NCBI RefSeq assembly: GCF_006345805.1
Contig: NW_021833727.1
Coordinates: 1-56,244, forward strand
DNA length: 56,244 bases
Direction of reading: 5' to 3'
Source of the DNA: Octopus sinensis
Lineage: Eukaryota
Below, piece after piece: positions 51,676 to 56,244 of the stretch (position 1 is the stretch's first letter; each line of letters starts with the position of its first letter). The notes beneath the pieces were generated by a model. It was not told the DNA's origin. It searched no databases and worked only from the letters and a program-made list of their open reading frames with translations. A program made the position numbers and the translations under genes.

Positions 51676-51971
51676 ATATAAATGTTTGTACTCTATGTAG
51701 TTTGAGCTCAAAACGCAACGTTTAATGTTATGTTTTACTCAAACTATTCTGCGCACTCACCGACTTAAAGGCAAGGTTATTAAGCCAGAAAATTTATACA
51801 TTTTCTATATACTTCAACTTTGAACATAACGACAATATTTGTTCGAGAATGGAATTATTTAGGCTGTCATGAAAAACAACTTCGGAAAATATTTACGACT
51901 GCAATATAAATAGACTATTATAGACTACATATATACTAACGGACAAAACATACACACACGCACCACACACT

Positions 51972-52006
<35 letters not shown>

Positions 52007-52045
52007 GTAAATATATATATAATATAATATAATATTATAATATAT

Positions 52046-52095
<50 letters not shown>

Positions 52096-52510
52096 ATATG
52101 TTATATATATTATGTGTATGTGTATATATGCATATGTATAAATATATATATATACATACATACATACATATATATATATATATATTTATATATATGCATG
52201 TATGTATATGTTTATATGATTCAATGTCTGTATCTAATTAATGGAGAAATGATTGGGCCATAAAATTTGTATTTGATGAGTTAGATCTATTGTTTTCTTT
52301 TCATATGATATCGTAAAAACGACAAACATTGCGCAGATAAACATTTGCATTGGATTTCATAATCATCTCTAATAAATTAGTTTTAATGATTTCTATATTT
52401 ATTTTATCGACCTCTTAATGATAACGGCAGCACAACACTTTAATAAGAAGACATCCATCCGCACAGATACAGTAACGGAGAAAGATGATAATGATGATGA
52501 TGAACATAAC

Positions 52511-52569
<59 letters not shown>

Positions 52570-53030
52570 TAATGAAACTGAAAAATACAGTCTGAACAGA
52601 GAGCAGGGAAATGGTACTCGTTGGGCGCAACACAGAAACAGTACAAACATGATCCAGAGGGCGTCACTGAGAACAATGAATATTAGGTCCTGTGGCGTTT
52701 TGCAATCCAGTGTGACGCCCTAATCAATGCTCGGAGACCTGTCATTGTTGTGGCAGAAAAAAAAAACCAAGATCATAGATATTGCCATATCTGTCGATGC
52801 ATGCGTAGAGGACATAGAACTGGAAAAGATGAAGTACAGTGCTAAAAGACGAAAATGCAAGAATGTAGCCAATGGGCCTAATAACCGTTAACCCAATAGT
52901 TGTAGCTCCACTCTGAGTACTGACAACCAAGTTAGAGAAATATGCCGGAGAAATCAGAATTGACGTGAGGGCAGAGTAGAGCCAAAAGGTGCTTTGCCGG
53001 GGACAGCTAAGATTTAGAGATTGGTGCTTC
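52570..53030 (+). mobile_element. Degenerate R4/Dong-type LINE RLE domain
   Basis: YKHDPEGVTENNEY*VLWRFAIQCDALINARRPVIVVAEK..KIIDIAISVDACVEDIELEKMKY; (AAT)n on both sides. Confidence 0.75.
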
Positions 53031-53215
53031 GGTGTTTCGTGTCTTAACATCCAAATTTAACATCCAAACAAATAATGTGTGGAAAGAGATATTTGAAACC
53101 TATGAGACAGAATCAACGAGAACAATTAAGACCGAGAAATTTGAGTAGTAACATAATAATAATAATATAATAATAATAATAATAATAATAAAATAATAAT
53201 AATAATAATAATAAT

Positions 53216-53629
53216 AGTTGTTTGACCTTAATCAGTTGAGCATGTCCCTTAGTGGCTGATGATATGTGCATCTCTGATCACGAGCAGAAGTAGTGGGGGA
53301 GCATCATAGCCATGTGTTGAGAGGGATTCTTTGGGGTTTGAATAATTCACCTCTGGAAACATGGGTGGTTCTTTCAACATCCTTAAACAACCCTTATTCG
53401 GGGACCTTTTGAGCGGGATGGGCTACTCGACCTAAAGAAAATTCTAACTGGGCCCCACCTGCAAGGTCATGTGCTGTTTTTCTTGATATGAGATCACCAT
53501 GTCGCGCACATATGGTTGTGATGCATGTGCCTGGTGTACCCTTATCAGACGGGTAGTCATGCTGGGTATATTAGGCTTCGTATATTTTACCCCAGTGTCA
53601 CTTTGATGGCATGAACTGCTCTCTCACAC

Positions 53630-53630
<1 letters not shown>
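53216..53630 (+). mobile_element. Short retroelement family F (~430 bp, (AAT)n tail), copy 1
   Basis: Near-identical reverse complement of 54558-54985; a further 3' fragment lies at ~54340-54375. Confidence 0.9.
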
Positions 53631-53682
<52 letters not shown>

Positions 53683-54557
53683 TAATAATAATAATAATAA
53701 TTAACAGTGAAACACAGCGGTTGATCTACGCCTGCGGATTTTGAACTTTGGCCGTAGTAATGCCTCTAAGCGTTCTAGCCGGCGAGCTAATGATTCACCT
53801 TACTCGACGCCTCGTCACAACATGAATAATAAAACTAATCACTTCAAATGACAGCAGAACCTCTCATGTCGACAGTCGGCTTAACATGACTGAATTCCGG
53901 TTCGGAAGCAAATCCTTAGAAATGTGACCAAGTCAAAAATAAACTGACACCAATAAACACTTCAGTTCTAATTGATTCTATCGTTACCATGACAATATTT
54001 TTGCAATATTAAATTATAATATCAATTTCTAAATTTTTTTTTAATATGCTAAAACATTTTAAGGAAGCTATAGAGAGTCTTGCGCCCCGGGTACTTTGAA
54101 CTGTGTCAAACCCTGCGTTCAAGGTCTTTGAAAAGTGTGGAACCACATCTTAGCCACTTTTGTACCCAGGTGTATTCTAACTTGTAGTAGTAGCACTGGG
54201 TAAGGACCTAGCTACAGTTTACTTGGCATGTTACTACTCGAAATAGAGAATTCTTAAAATCATATGATGCAACGTGGTAGATGTGGAGCGCTTTGTTAAA
54301 TATAATTATGATTGTGTATTTGTATATTTGTACCTGGGAATCACTTTGATGGCATGTGCTGCTCTCTCATTCAATAATAATAGTAATAATTTCAAATTTT
54401 GCCCTCGGGCTAGGAATCTTGGGAAGGGGAAGAGTCGATCACATCAACCCCAGTGTTCAACTGGTACTTGCTTTACTGACCCAGAATTATTATTTATTAT
54501 TATTATTATTATATTATTATTATTATTATTATTATATTATTATTATTATTTTATTAT

Positions 54558-54985
54558 TGAGTGAGAGAGCAGTTCATGCCATCAAAGTGACACTGGGGTA
54601 AAATATACGAAGCCCAGAATACTCATCATGACTACCCGTCTGATAAGGGTACACCAGGCACATGCATCACAACCATATGTGCGCGACATGGTGATCTCAT
54701 ATCAAGAAAAACAGCGCATGACCTTGCAGGTGGGGCCCAGTTAGAATTTTCTTCAGGTCGCGTAGCCCATCCTGCTCAAAAGGTCCCTGAATAAGGGTTG
54801 CTTTAGGATGTTGAACGAAACACCCATGTTTCCAGAGGTGAATTATTCAAACTCCAAAGAATCCTTCTCAACACATGGCTATGATGCTCCCCCACTACTT
54901 CTGCTCGTGATCAGAGATGCACGTATTGTCAGTCACTAAGGGACATGCTTAACTGGTTAAGGTCAAACAACTGACAAGCAAATCT
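54558..54985 (-). mobile_element. Short retroelement family F, copy 2 (inverted)
   Basis: As for copy 1; flanked by (ATT)n on both sides. Confidence 0.9.
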
Positions 54986-55065
54986 GTGGTATTGAGCAGA
55001 ATATTTGCTGTAGCCCATCTTTTATACCAAGACAAAATTATTATTATTATTATTATTACTATTAC

Positions 55066-55166
<101 letters not shown>

Positions 55167-55189
55167 TTAATAGGGTTAGGGCAAATATT

Positions 55190-55330
55190 GTACCTTTTCT
55201 ACTTCAGGCACATGTTGTGAGATTTTGGGGGACGGGCCAGTCGATTAGTTCGACCCCACGACGCAACTGGTACTTAATTTATCGACACCGAAAGGATGAA
55301 AGACAAAGTCGACCTCGTCGGAATTTGAAC
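55190..55330 (-). mobile_element. SINE family B fragment
   Basis: aactggtacttaatttatcgacaccgaaaggatgaaagacaaagtcgacctcgtcggaatttgaact. Confidence 0.75.
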
Positions 55331-55399
55331 TCTGTATCCCGAGATACTGAAGAGGATGAACTGGCAACGCGTTGATAATGACCAGGCTCATCCTATAGA

Positions 55400-56244
55400 G
55401 ATTGGGAACTGCTGGTAAGATCTATGTTCGCTGCGAGTGCAGTTGAGATATTTCATATTGTAGAATACCAACGTGATTACAACTCAAAGCAGACATTTTC
55501 TGGCCAGGGAGATATGCAAATCGACCAACTGGATGATGATAGGGAATGATATCCAATAATATCGATCTCTCTATATAAATGGTTGGAAGAATATTTAGTC
55601 GACCCAAGGGGGTTTGAACGACAAATTGGTTTCTGCAAGGTTCAGAATCATCTTGCAAATGTATTGAATTAAATATTTTCATATTTTCAAGGTACAACCT
55701 CCGATGCACAAAAGATTCAGGTGACATCAAAGATGTTACAGTTTGACTTATCTACATATTTTACTATTTGCTGGATATACGTTCTGCACGAAATACCATT
55801 TAAACGTCTCTCAGACCACTTCTTGTAAGTTTAAAAACGATGCATTTGATAAAGAGATGAGATATTCTTTGTAAATATAAAGGACTAGTGGGCCACGTGT
55901 GAACTGATATAGACATTTACACGTCTTGGACCGAAGATCAAGGACATTACCCATAATGCACGGAATATAGCATTCCATATGCGATATTGAAAGGCTGTAT
56001 CGAACCAGGAACAGAGGTGTGTCGTGGGGTTGGGGGATATTCACCTGTGAAATTTGTATATGTTGAGAAGAAAACAGCTTGGGGTTGAATATCAAGAGTG
56101 ATATAGAATCTTTGCTGGTGCATAAAGTGTACGTGGTATAGTCAGGAGGGATATTTCCGTGGCGATAGTGGAATACGGAATACGAGAGCGTAAGGAAGAC
56201 GAAAGAAAATGGGAGGGGGAAATATATATGTGGCAATTTGCGAG
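55400..56244 (-). mobile_element. Possible L1/Tx1-like LINE ORF2 remnant (end of APE domain and linker)
   Basis: Two adjacent non-repetitive minus ORFs (141 and 102 aa). SISLLIFNPKLFSSQHIQISQVNIPQPHDTPLF loosely resembles the APE RiDyilvs..l.....i......SDH.Pl segment. Confidence 0.3.

Overview
AT-rich eukaryotic genomic DNA, most likely from a coleoid cephalopod (Octopus-like). That assignment is an inference from the SINE/LINE families and the very dense (TA)n/(AAT)n/(TATC)n microsatellites. Most of the window is microsatellite plus transposon debris: at least five short-retroelement families (labelled A, B, C, D, F here), three R4/Dong-type RLE LINE 3' fragments, RTE and CR1-like LINE remnants, three mariner transposase remnants, a Helitron helicase remnant, two foldback/MITE elements and Penelope-like terminal repeats. 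The most notable hidden structure is a set of minimal type I hammerhead-ribozyme motifs in the Penelope-like repeats; the best copy is at 24318-24360 on the minus strand. Hand-chained GT-AG exon candidates suggest an unidentified minus-strand gene (25998-30608) and a plus-strand multi-exon gene (about 31868-41317). Both need single-base homopolymer corrections or contain an in-frame stop. A ~0.8 kb tandem duplication whose copies differ mostly by indels suggests noisy long-read assembly. Nearly all ORFs in the supplied track are microsatellite or repeat artefacts. All family and protein assignments were made by eye, without database searches, and repeat boundaries are approximate.
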